Below are positions 1 through 11,175 of a stretch of DNA of 64,000 nucleotides, piece by piece. The notes beneath the pieces are model-generated. The model searched no databases. It was not told where the DNA came from and saw only the letters and a program-made list of their open reading frames with translations. Both the position numbers and the translations under genes were made by a program. Positions within the stretch are counted from its first letter, which is position 1; each line of letters opens with the position of its first letter. Source of the DNA: Azolla caroliniana (taxonomy: Eukaryota; Plantae; Polypodiophyta); assembly GCA_043228905.1 (NCBI GenBank), contig JBHGNT010000014.1, positions 4,278,001 through 4,342,000 of the forward strand. The letters run 5' to 3'.

Positions 1-3000
1 ATTCGGCTAATCCATTGGCTTGCGGATAATACAGAGTGCTTCGCTTGTGCACCACCGCATAGAATTTCTTCAAGCTCTCCACCACTTGTCCTAGGAAATG
101 CCCACCTTGGTCGCTAATTAGCTCAATTGGACATCCATACTGGCACCAGATATATTCATATAAAAACTTTGCCGTGGATGCCACGGTGTTGTCATGTAGT
201 GCTTTGGCTTCCACCCACTTGGTGCAGTAGTCCGTAGTGACAATCACATATCGGTTGCTGGTTCTCATTGCTGGTGGTTTAAATGGGCCGACGAAGTCCA
301 GCCCCTATTTCTAAAATGGTTCCAATGGTAGCACTGGCTGGTGAGGCATTCTTGCCTGTTCCGTTGGTTGGCCCATCCGCTGACATAAATTGCATTCCTT
401 AGCATACTGGACGACGTCTTTTAATGTTGTCGGCCACCATACGACTCTACCATATTTTCCTTGTCGTAGTGTGCCCAACATAATGCCCTCAGGCAACCCT
501 GCAGTGTGCTTTGCGCATTATTTGGTCTTTTTCATCATTGCGCACCGCGCGCTGCCATATGCCATCCGCGCCTTTATGGTACAATGTGTCCTGCAGTAGG
601 CAGAAGTGCCGGCTTTGTACTGCTAATCGTTTCCGCTTGTCTCTGTTCATATCCTCTGGAGGTAATCCGGTGCTCAGGAATTGGTGCATGTTAGTGAGCC
701 ACTTGTCCTCCTCGACGACCGTACCATCTGTTGCCATTTCAGCTGTGATCCTAAACAACACTGCATCTGGAAACTCGTTTGGGACTCCGTCACTAGTTTC
801 ACCGGAGTCTAACCGGCTCAAATAATCTGCAACCGCATGTCGTATGCCTGGATGGTGAAATATCTCGAACTCAAATTCCTGTAATAATAACGTCCACCGG
901 GCCAACTTACCTGTGAGCGATGCTTTTGAGACCAAGTAAAGTAACGCCGAATGGTCTACATGAAAGGAAAATTTCCTCCCCAATAAATAGTGTCGGAACT
1001 TGGTGACGATGTAGATCGTGCCCAAGGCTTCTCTTTCCGTTGTTGAGTAATTACGTTCCGCCTAGGACAACTTCCGGTTGGCATAATACACGGGCCGATA
1101 CCACTTCGGTTCGGCAAGCTGCATTAATGCGCTCCCAATTGCTATGTCCGATACATCTACGAATACGTGGAATTCTTTAGACCAATCCGGAGGTTGCACC
1201 ACCGGTGTTTGTGATAGTAACTTACTTTTAATGCCTGGTAAGCCTTCTCTTCTGTGTCCGTCCATTAAAACGGTGTCCGGTGCACCGCAACATGCAATGG
1301 TGTGGCCAGGTCTGCCAGATACCGGAGCATCCAGCTATGCCACCGGATTTGTCCTAGGAACCGACTCGATGCTTTCGCCGTGGTGGGTGCCGGTGCCTCC
1401 AAAATTGCTTTGACCTTGTCCGAGTCTATTGCAATACCATCCTTGCTAACGATGTGGCCTAGTAATGCACCGCTTGACACTCCGAACACGCATTTCGCCA
1501 GGTTAAGGCTTAACCGGTAAACCCTACATTTCTCAACACATAGTCGGAGGTGTTGGAGGTGTTCCTCTTCCTGATTGTACACGGCGAAATCATCTAGGAA
1601 CACCTACATGAATGCTAGAATAAATTCTCCGAAAATCTCCATGATTATCCGCTGAAAGGTCGCTGACGTCGTTTTAAGTCCGAACATCATGACTACGGCG
1701 ACAAATACTCCCCATTCGGTAACAAAAGCGGTTTTCTCCTAGTTGTTGGGGTGCATCCGGATCTGATTGTAGCCGCTGAATCCGTCCAGGAAACTATAAA
1801 CTTCGTGACCAACTATTGCATCCAGGATTCCATCCGTAAAAGGGAGTGGGAAGGCGTCAGTTATCGTTGCTGCATTCAACTTCTGGTAGTCGACACATAC
1901 CCTGATTTTTCCGTTCTTTTTTCGGTACAATGACTATCGGACTCAGCCATGTCACCTTCTTGACTGGTCGGATGAACCCTACCCGTAACAATTTGTTGAT
2001 TTCGTCCTTTACTTTTGCTGCATAGTTAGGGTTCATTCGGTAGCGCTGTTGTGCCACCGGCTTGTCATCCTTACTTAGATGTATTTGGTGTTGATACAAC
2101 TGAGGATCTAGCCCCCGCATGTCCTCATAAGACCACGCGAATACGTCCCGGAACTCCTTTAATAAGGTGATCATTGCCTTCTTCCTATCTGGAGTCATTT
2201 CTTTGGCGATGTGAACCAATATTGTGTCTTCTGCGGTGCCTAGGTTTACCTCTTCCAGTTGAGAGGCTTTTACGCGTTGAGATACTGCCAATTCCTTCTC
2301 CAAAGCTTCCTGCGCTTGCCGTAACTCTCTGATGGCTTCTTTATCCAGTTCTTCATTGGCATCCTCCGGTTGCATTATATATGGTGCCACTGCTTCGGCG
2401 ACATCAATTTCAAATAAAGGTACAATTTTCGGATTCTCCTATTAGTACTGATTGACCTCTTCATCAGCCAATCCTTCAAGCATGTTGACACATTCTGCAT
2501 ACAACGGTGTCAACTCCTTGCCAGTACTTGAACGTGGTTGTGTAGGTACTTGTACTTTCGCTTTGCCGCGCTGGAAAGTAATTATGTTTTTCCACCAGTT
2601 TTGCTTGATGTGCACTATTTTTAGCCATGGGCGGCCCAACAACAGTGGGTATACCCCTTGTGCATTGAGTTGGAGGACTACTGCCGAAATGCGGAATGCG
2701 TGACCTCCAATAGTCACTTCCAAATCTCGTATCAATCTGGTAGGTCTTACTGAACTTGTGTCCGCCATCCGGAGCCAAAATGGGCATGGCTCCCAGTCCT
2801 GGATTCCCAGGGTATTACAAGTTCAGAGGCTAATCACATTCACGCCGGATCCTCCATCTATAATCGTTCCGGGTAGCTCTCGTCCCTTGACGATGGTTGT
2901 GATAGCCGGATTGCTCGTGTCCACTACCGTCGGTCCTTCCTCCGGATTAGAAAAGAACATCGGAGCCGGTGGCGTGTCGACCGTAGTCACTCCCGTCTTC

Positions 3001-4771
3001 AGTCCTTCCGTAAACCGAGGTACTAACTGCAATAGCCAACCTAATGGTAGCGTGATTTGGCATTCTTGCAACGCTTGCCATGTTGGGTTTTCCACCTGGC
3101 TATTGTCAGTGGGCTCCTCTTTTTGTTGTTCTAGTTCTGCCACATTCCGCTCATTTGCCTTCTTTACCCATTCGGTGGCTTCCTTCCGGATGGCTTCTTG
3201 GGTTTCCCACTCCGTTGCTTTTCCTTTTGACCTCATGGTCACTTGTTGTATGTCCGCAACTTCTTCTACCACCATGTTTACCGTTGGTCGCTTATCGTAG
3301 CTTTTCGCCAGACATTGGTTACTGTAGTGTCCCTCTTGTCGGCAATAGTAGCAATAAGCCTTCCGGGTGTTGCTGGATTTTGGTGTAAGTGCTTGGCCTT
3401 GGTCCGGTTGGGTGCTTGGTGTACCCTTTTCCGGCTCCCGTTGGTGATCCCCTTTTTTATTGAAATGCCGTTTTTTGTTGAAATGCTTTTTGTTCCGGTA
3501 ACCCTGTTGGGGCTGGTCTTCATACTTGCCATAGTCCTCCCTTCGTGGGTTTTAACCGGGGGAGTGATCCCGGTTGTATAGCTCATTCCGTTCCCCATTA
3601 TAGTCCCGATATCTATCATATCTATCATACCGGTCGCGGTCATAAGCGTCTCTTCAATCACTGTACCGGACATCTTGTGTCGGCCGATAACGCTCCTCTC
3701 GCCGCCAACGCTCTTCTTCCTCCTCCTGGTTGCTCCATGGTTTGATTAGCTAGACCAATGGCACTTGCCGATTCAACAAGTTATACTCGCACCGATCCAT
3801 TGTGTGGTTTGTGGAATGGCAAAGTAGGCATTGAGAACGCATGGTGCACTCCAGTGCCGATTGTCCAGCATTCAAGCAAGTCGTACATTGAATTTCTTGT
3901 CGAAATCGGAGGGCTTCATCAGTTGGTAACGTTCATTGGAGTGCCCCATCGTCAGCCACGAGCTGGAGTTTTCCATTTCCCTGACTCGGTCTATGACCTG
4001 GTCGACGGAACTCGTGCGGAAATCAATGACTATGCACACCGTTCGTAGGGGTTCTCAGAATGCTGCTAGGAATATCGCCTTAGTCTCTTCCTCCGGTGGT
4101 GCCCGACGGAGCTAGTTGTGCATTCTCTGGAATCGGATTACAAATTGTTGAATGTTCTTCGTGGGCTCTTGCCGGATGGTATAAAACAGGCCAATCATTT
4201 CCTGTTGATCCACCTCTTTGTGAAAAAAGTGCAAGAATTTAGTTTTCAATGCCTCAAATGTCGTGATGGTGTTGGGATCTTGTGTCAGGCGCCATCTAGT
4301 GGCGGGCCCTTCCAGGGTCATGCCGAACCCTACCATCTTTGAGCGTTCTACTTCGGCTGCGGTTAAGCGTTGTGACACATGATTCGCTTCCCAGGTCTGT
4401 TGAAATGCATAGACGTGGGCCTTTGCATCTGGATCATCTCGGTACTTGGGATATTGAAACGGCATGTCGTTGTCCGGTGTTGGAACGCGGGCTGGTGGTG
4501 TCGGAGGTCTTTCCTCCTCCTCCGTCGGAGGTCTTTCTTCCTCGGTGGGAGGTCTTTCCTCCGCTGCTTCGAGTGTTGGGGGTTGCTCAAACCTTGGCCG
4601 GTTTGTGGCTTCCAGCTCTCTCATTTCTGGTTCCCGTGTCGATAAGGTGTCTGATTCCTCGTTCGCCGGTTCATTTGGGGTGTCGTGACTGCTACGGTAA
4701 TTGGAATGAGCACTATATTCGCTGTCCGAGTCCAAAGGCCGAAAATAGTTCTGAATCACCTTCTCCTGCAA
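1..4771 (-). pseudogene. Gypsy gag-pol, broken by stops and frameshifts
   Basis: ORF fragments carry the motifs CVDYQKLN, FLDGFSGYNQI, FLDDFAVY, FHVFVDVS, LARWTLLLQEF and CNLCQR. Confidence 0.9.
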
Positions 4772-5044
4772 GTAATGCCTGCAGAAGGGATTCCGCTTCC
4801 CGAAGACTACTTAAGCTGCTTCCTTCGTCGGGGTGGAAATCTTGTTGCAAACAGAGTGACTACTCGGTCACTCGCCGGATCACTTTGGAAAATGATTGAT
4901 CCACACAAATCTCTTCCGCCACTTGCTTGAAGGCCTCTCGCTTCCGCAGCCGCTCAACAAGTCTCCTTGTGCGATTCGTAACCGGTCCGTTCGTTGGTCT
5001 AGTCATCCATTCCCGTTGTTGTTCCCTACGCCTATGTAGGAATC

Positions 5045-5054
5045 GTGGTCGCCA
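5045..5054 (-). promoter_or_regulatory. Primer-binding site, tRNA-Arg type (TGGCGACCAC)
   Basis: The minus strand reads ...AACA CAGTTTT TGGCGACCAC just inside the LTR. This is complementary to the GUGGUCGCCA 3' end I recall for plant tRNA-Arg. Confidence 0.7.
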
Positions 5055-5061
5055 AAAACTG

Positions 5062-5520
5062 TGTTACTCCTAGGGCTGGACAATAGCCTAACACAGGGCG
5101 TCTACGGAAGACACTTCACCAAAGGGTGTCACGACGAGGTAACTTAGACTAACGATTGATCAGACCTTTATCGGCTACTTAAGCAACATATCATGAATCT
5201 TAATACACGTGTAAGATAGAAAGTAATTACCACAGAACGGTAATCAATACACAGAGATAAGACAATAGAGCTTTATTAATTATCCGTCGTGATTTACAAT
5301 GTAACCGGGCCTTTTTATAGATCACTGGCTCTGCATACAAAACGGTGCCAAACGGCACACTGATATGAACCGGTTCGGATCCGGATCGGCATACCGATTC
5401 CAGTCCGTCCGTTCACTTCTCAAAATATACTTAATTACGTGATATTCTAATAACAGCTTCTGATAATTCCTGCCCTTTCACATTCTGGACTGTCCTCCAC
5501 TCCTTGCCGGCTGGGTAACA
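5062..5520 (-). repeat. 5' LTR of the Gypsy element (459 bp)
   Basis: TGTTA...TAACA termini. It is homologous and equal in length to the solo LTR at 30407-30865. Confidence 0.88.
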
Positions 5521-5684
5521 TTGGCTAACCAGACTGACTGGATAGCTGAGATTAGGTTTGGCGATAGTCAAATATATCAGGCTTCAAACAATTTGCCTGA
5601 ACTGTTTCTCATTGCAAGCCGCTCCCGAGTCATGGCGAAGCTTTAGATTTCGGTCAAGAGAACTGGCGACAGATTGGCAATCCG

Positions 5685-8600
5685 TCATTCTGAACTTGAT
5701 AACATCGCTACAACTACAACCAGTACCACACGAACGGTCATCATCCTTGCTACTGGTTGAAAGGTCTCATCGTAGTCGACGCCATGTGTTTGTGTGTAGC
5801 CCTTGGCCACCAATCGGGCCTTGTACCTTTTGACAGAGCCGTCGGTGTTGTACTTTACTTTGTACACCTACTTTCATCCGATCAGCTTGCACTGCTTTGG
5901 GGGGTCAACCAGGTCCCATGTCTCGCTGTCAGCTAGTGCCCACATTTCTTCCTCCATGGTCTCTTGCCACTTGGCATCCTGTGATGCCTCCGTGTAGCTC
6001 TTTGGCTTGCGAACTTCTGCCACATTCATCATGTTACGGGCATGACCATATAATATCCTATGGTGAGAATTTACCATAGTATTCTATACACGTGGATAAG
6101 TGTGAGGTTTACGGTCATGACCATATAATACAGCATGTATGCATAGTGATGCGCCATGTACTCGTTGTACTCGTACCGGATTATGAGCTTCTTGTGGCGA
6201 GTCGATCAGTGCAACTTCTTGTTGGCCAATTTGATGGCCCTCTTGGCCGCGTTTGACCTCAACTCTAGAGGTCCTTTGTCACGGTCATGGCCCCATTGGA
6301 TTCACTCCGATCTGAGGTTTCCTCATCAATGCCGTATTCTGACATCTTCATCTTCCCCTTCTCTCGGTGAGTCAACCTCCTTGGCTTTTTCTTTGGGGAG
6401 AGGACGACCAATTCTTCTTTGCTTTCCGTGTAGCTGTTTTGGCTCGATTCCTCAATCAGCCCACTTAGCTGAAATGAAATTGGACCCTCTTCTTGAGTGC
6501 TATTTCTTCCTCAAATGAGTTGGCTATGCTTGCCTTATCTTCAGAATTCAGCTCAGAGCTCACTAGGGTCAGATTGGCTGGAGGTAGATACCACAAAGCC
6601 GATTTGTTGAAAACAACATCTCGACTAACTCACACCTCTTTGGTTCGGGGGTTATCACATTTATAACTCTTTTGCTCATGCAAGTGGCTACCGAGCATAC
6701 ACTTTTCGGATTTGGCATCTATCTTTCTCGTCTTTTCGTCCGAGAAGATTACCCTCAAGTGCGCCAAATTTGGCTTCCGCCTGAAATCTAGCTCATGTGG
6801 TGACACTTTCCCTCTATTTGTCGATGTCCTATTCTGAAGGTAGATAGTCATCTTGATGGTGTCATCCCAATAAAGTTTCAATATTCTCTTCCCCTCAAGC
6901 ATTGCCTTGACCACTTCCACAATCGAATGATTCTTCTGTTCAGCCACACTGTTCTGTTATGACGTGTATCTGTAGGAGAATTCCCATTGAATTCCTTTCT
7001 TATATAGATAACAAGTGAATTGACCGAGAAACTATTATTTTCCACCATTGGACCTCAGGCACTTAATCTTCCACTCAGTCTCCCATTTGGTTAGGCTCGT
7101 CCGCTTCAGAAAACACGAGAAGACTTCACTTTTCTTTTCAATTAAACATACCCGTGTGTGCCAGGTGAAGTTGTCGATGAAGGAGCCGATACTTCGGCTC
7201 CTACCAATGCTGATATTTTGTGTTCGTCCCCAAATGTCCAAATGAATCAAATTGAGCTTGTTATAGCTCCAATTGCGTTCACTGGGGAAAAGACTCTGGT
7301 GCTGCTTCCAAAGTTGGCACGATTCACATATTTGGCCTTTCTGGCCATTGAACTTGGGCAAGCTGAAAACTATACGTTTTGACTGCATCTCTTGAAGCCT
7401 TGCGAAGTTGATGTGGCTGATCTGCTTATGCTAGAGGTCGATGTCTGACTCGACGTTCTATCCCTTTGCAAACATTGTGGCACCAATGTCATTCGTGTCG
7501 AGGATAAACATCCTCCCTTCTCTATTCCTTCGTGCAATAATTCAGCCTTCATCTTCGATGAAGCAGCCATGGTGATTAAATCAGACTTGCATGCCTTGGT
7601 TGACACTAGATTCTTGGCGATTGTTGGAACATGCAAGAAATTCCGCATCAATTCTCTTTGGTCAACATAGCTCAGAGGGATATCATTGATGTGCTCGATT
7701 CGGGTGTACAATGTTGTCGTCGGTCTCAACAACTCCTAGCTGCTCCTGCTTCTCTAAGCTCGAGAAGCTCGGGAGTCGACACACCAAAACTCTTCCTACA
7801 TACTCCCCTTTTATTGGAATTGTGCTTCATAATAAATACAAGGTCGTTTCCAACATGCCTTGAATTCTCGGCGTAGTGCAACTGTTGCCGATTCCCTGCC
7901 TCGGCTCTACCTGATTTGGCCTTCTTCTAGTATTCTCTCTCCATGTGGACCTTTTTGCCACAACACCAATAGTTTTTCGATTTTGTTTGCCGGTGTTGAA
8001 ATATATCAAGCTCAACTTAGTTTTGTCGTTTAGTCAACACGCGTAACATAGTAGTTACCTACATAGAATTTAGTTAGAAGTGTTGACCTTAAACCCTTAA
8101 ATAGGATTTTGTACTTGTACGTAAGTGGGGATACATTCAAGTATATTGAATATAGGACTTACATCCTTGTACCTATATTCTACTCTCACATGTGCACCGT
8201 TGCACATGAGTTGTATATATACCTCATTGTGGGAACTCAAACCTTCATGGAAACCATCGAAGAACCTTCGGAAGAAGTGGGAGCTTCCATGCCAAACAAG
8301 GTCGGCAAATGAGGCCCACAACTTGCAACTATTGCGGAAAAATCAGCCACTGCGAGGAGGAGTGCGGAAAAAGAAGAAGCGAGTCGGCTTCGACAAGTCG
8401 ACAACTCACGAATTACACCACCAACTCCGAAGACGACGACTATAGCGGACAATTTGTAATGAGGCATAAAGAAAACTCTATATCGGCCTCCGACTCCGCA
8501 AGCACCTCCAATTCGGAAGACTTGTGGTTCGTCGATTCAAGCGCCTCACATCATATGATGTCACACCAAGAGTGGTTTCGTGACTTACGAACAACGAACC

Positions 8601-10445
8601 AATCCGGCTTCTTAGAGACAGGAGACAACACCGCACATCCCATTCGGCACATCGGCAATGTCCCATTCGGAAAAGAAGGCGAGCAAACTTGCATCAAGAA
8701 TGTTTTGCACGTGCCCACAATAACGAAGAATTTGGTTTCGTTTGGCCAAATCGTGGAGCAAGGCATGCAAGTCCACTTTAACAACGACAATTGTTTCATC
8801 GAGAAAGATGGCCAACTCATAACCAAGGGACGGAGAGACAGTCGAATGTTCATCCTCGATTCGAATGAGTTGAAATAGGCCATGTATGCCAAAGGTCTCA
8901 AAACCGAGACAAGCATCGAGTTGTGGCACAAAAGAATCGGCCACATAAACCTCCAATGGCTTCGAGCAATGCAATCAAAGGGAATTGTCATCGGACTTCC
9001 GACATTCGAATTGAAACAAGTCGACCGAGTATGCGAAGCATGCCAACTCGGCAAACAACATCGACTCCCATTCCCAAAGGAAAGCTATGAAAGCAAAGGC
9101 CTCCTCAACATCATATACTCGGATGGATGGGGACCGACTCAAACGCCGACGATTGGCGGATGCTGATTCTACGTCACCTTCATCGACGACTACTCGCGAT
9201 GCATGTGGATCGTCCCGATGAAGAAGAAGAGCGAAGTGTTCTCCCACTTCCAAAAACTCAAGGGAGAAGTCAAAAAAGAAACTGGTCGGCACATTCGATG
9301 CCTACGATCGGATGGAGGCAAGAAGTACTTCTCCGATGAATTCACCTCCTACCTCCAAAGTGAAGGCATTCGGAGAGAATTCTCATGCTGACACACATCC
9401 CAAAAAAATGGAGTCGCCGAAAGGAAGAATCGGCAAATAATCGAGGTAGTACGTGCCATGTTACATGAGAAGCACATCCACGGCTGAAGCGGCATCCACG
9501 ACCGTCTATCTCATGAATCGATGCACTACTAATGGAGTGCATGAGCTCTACAGAAGTGGCTCGTAACCCAAGATGGATGAAAGTAGTTGGCCTTCGCCCA
9601 CACACTAAAAGCCTTCGTCACCGGCTTGAGGGGGAGGAACCAAGATTGCCACAGAAAGGCTGAAGAAAGCTAAAGGCTGGCCAAAAGCCATGACCAAACT
9701 GGATGTTGGATGCCTCACATTTATTGCCATGGAAAGGCTGAAGAAAGCCGAAGGCCGGAGCACACGACCAAACCGAATGTTAGACGCCTCACACTTGAGC
9801 TTGAGATATATCAAGCTCAACTTAGATTAGTTGTTTAGTAAACGCACGTAACTTAGTAGTTACCTAGATAAAATCTAGTCAGAAGTGTTGACCTTAAACC
9901 GTTAAATAGGATTTCATTCTTGTACGTAAGTGGGGATACATTCAAGATCCTCCACTACCAAGTATATTGAATATAGGACTTACATCCTTGTACCTATATT
10001 CTACTCACACATGTGCATTGCTGCACATGAGTTGTATATGTACCTCATTGTGGGAATTTTTGTATTTGATGACGATGATGCTAATTTAATATAGAGTTAA
10101 TCATCCCCCATCTTGTGTTGTTCATAATTGTAACTTCCTCTTTCTCTTCCTCTCACACAAATACACACACATATCACTTAATCTTCCGCTTAGCTTAATC
10201 ACATAATTATGTACTAATTAACCCACAGTTAATTACCTAATTCTTAACAACTGGTTTCTAACACCACCTTGACTCCCCCTACTACAGGAAGGTTCTTGCT
10301 TGCTTTCTTCTCTTTTGTTCTAGCTCTGCTCATTTCGGCCGCCAGTATGTGTATTAAACCACCTCTTCCCCCATGACCACGGGGCTGATCCGCCTTCCTG
10401 TATAGCATCTGGCTATCAACATGTGTGCTTCTCGACGCACCTGCG
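5685..10445 (-). pseudogene. Old, heavily decayed Ty1/Copia (gag-PR-IN-partial RT), split by the element at 7994-10249
   Basis: Fragments include [10 protein letters not shown] (5685-5867), IHLDIWG...CLRSNGG (7035-7388) and HVPTIAKNLVS (7370-7732). Gag-like sequence resumes at 10255-10445. No LTR is seen. Confidence 0.8.
7994..10249 (+). mobile_element. Internally deleted Ty1/Copia (PR and IN retained; most of gag, RT and RH lost)
   Basis: The 5' LTR remnant 7994-~8235 matches the 3' LTR ~9801-10249. The flanks GCCGG/ACTGG are a 5-bp TSD with two transitions. ORF pieces include WFVDSSASHHM, LWHKRIGH and LRSDGG. Confidence 0.8.
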
Positions 10446-10568
10446 ATTGGGTCAAGGAATCGTGTTGCGTGAGAGACTAGTGGTGTGAGTGGTGGTCAGA
10501 TCATTTACGAAAATTGATATTGACACTTTGAGAATCAACTACAACCAATGGGTAGTTAACATCCTATA

Positions 10569-11036
10569 TGTTGAGAAGCAAGCTCAACATGGTATGCGAT
10601 GCTTATTGGGAAATAAGCTATAGTAGCTATTTAGCTACTAGTGAACAAAAAGGTAAAATAGCTATTTAGCTAGTGACAGCTAATTAGCTAGTGAACAACT
10701 ATTTAGCGACTGACAGCTAATTAGCTACTGGCAGCTAATTAGCTGCATGTGTAATAACTTATGACTTAGGTAAAAGTAAGTGAGAGTGAATAGGAAGTAA
10801 GTAGTAAGAAAAAAACAGAGAATAGTGAGTAGAGAACTCTGAGAGAGAGTGAGAGACCAGAAGACTGACGAGAGCAAGTTGAGCTCTACATGTAATAGAA
10901 GAAAACCATTTTGCTACTACTGAGGTAAGTCCCCTTTCCTTTCTCTGTCTGTTTAGAGCACGCTAACGATCCAACACACTACGATCCGCCGCGCACATAA
11001 GAAGAGCCCGAGTGCCTTCTTCACGTTTTCTTAACA
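10569..11036 (+). repeat. 5' LTR of the intact Copia
   Basis: Direct repeat of 15541-16008. Confidence 0.98.
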
Positions 11037-11048
11037 TGGTATCAGAGC
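11037..11048 (+). promoter_or_regulatory. PBS, initiator tRNA-Met
   Basis: TGGTATCAGAGC immediately follows the LTR's terminal CA. Confidence 0.97.
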
Positions 11049-11175
11049 AGAGTTGCTCATAAAGAAGAGTACAAAAGTGCATAGATCTGAGAAAGGTATT
11101 TCTCTGTTTGCTGATCTGAATCAGAAAGTTACTTGTTGAAGTAATTGTAACAGAAAACCTAGTTTGGAAGAGATA

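Larger units (their letters stand above)
1..5520 (-). mobile_element. Ty3/Gypsy LTR retrotransposon (non-chromovirus type), decayed; 3' part runs off the window
   Basis: Minus-strand fragments lie in gag-PR-RT-RH-IN order: gag 4112-4771, protease IIDGGSGVN 2823-3275, RT 1265-2390 (FLDDF), RNase H 489-1265, integrase 1-496. The 5' LTR and PBS are at 5045-5520. Confidence 0.93.

Noticed and set aside
10250-10263. Alternative LTR end at TTCTAACA (10263)
   Set aside because: These bases align with the host Copia gag on the minus strand, and only the end at 10249 yields a TSD-like flank (ACTGG versus GCCGG).
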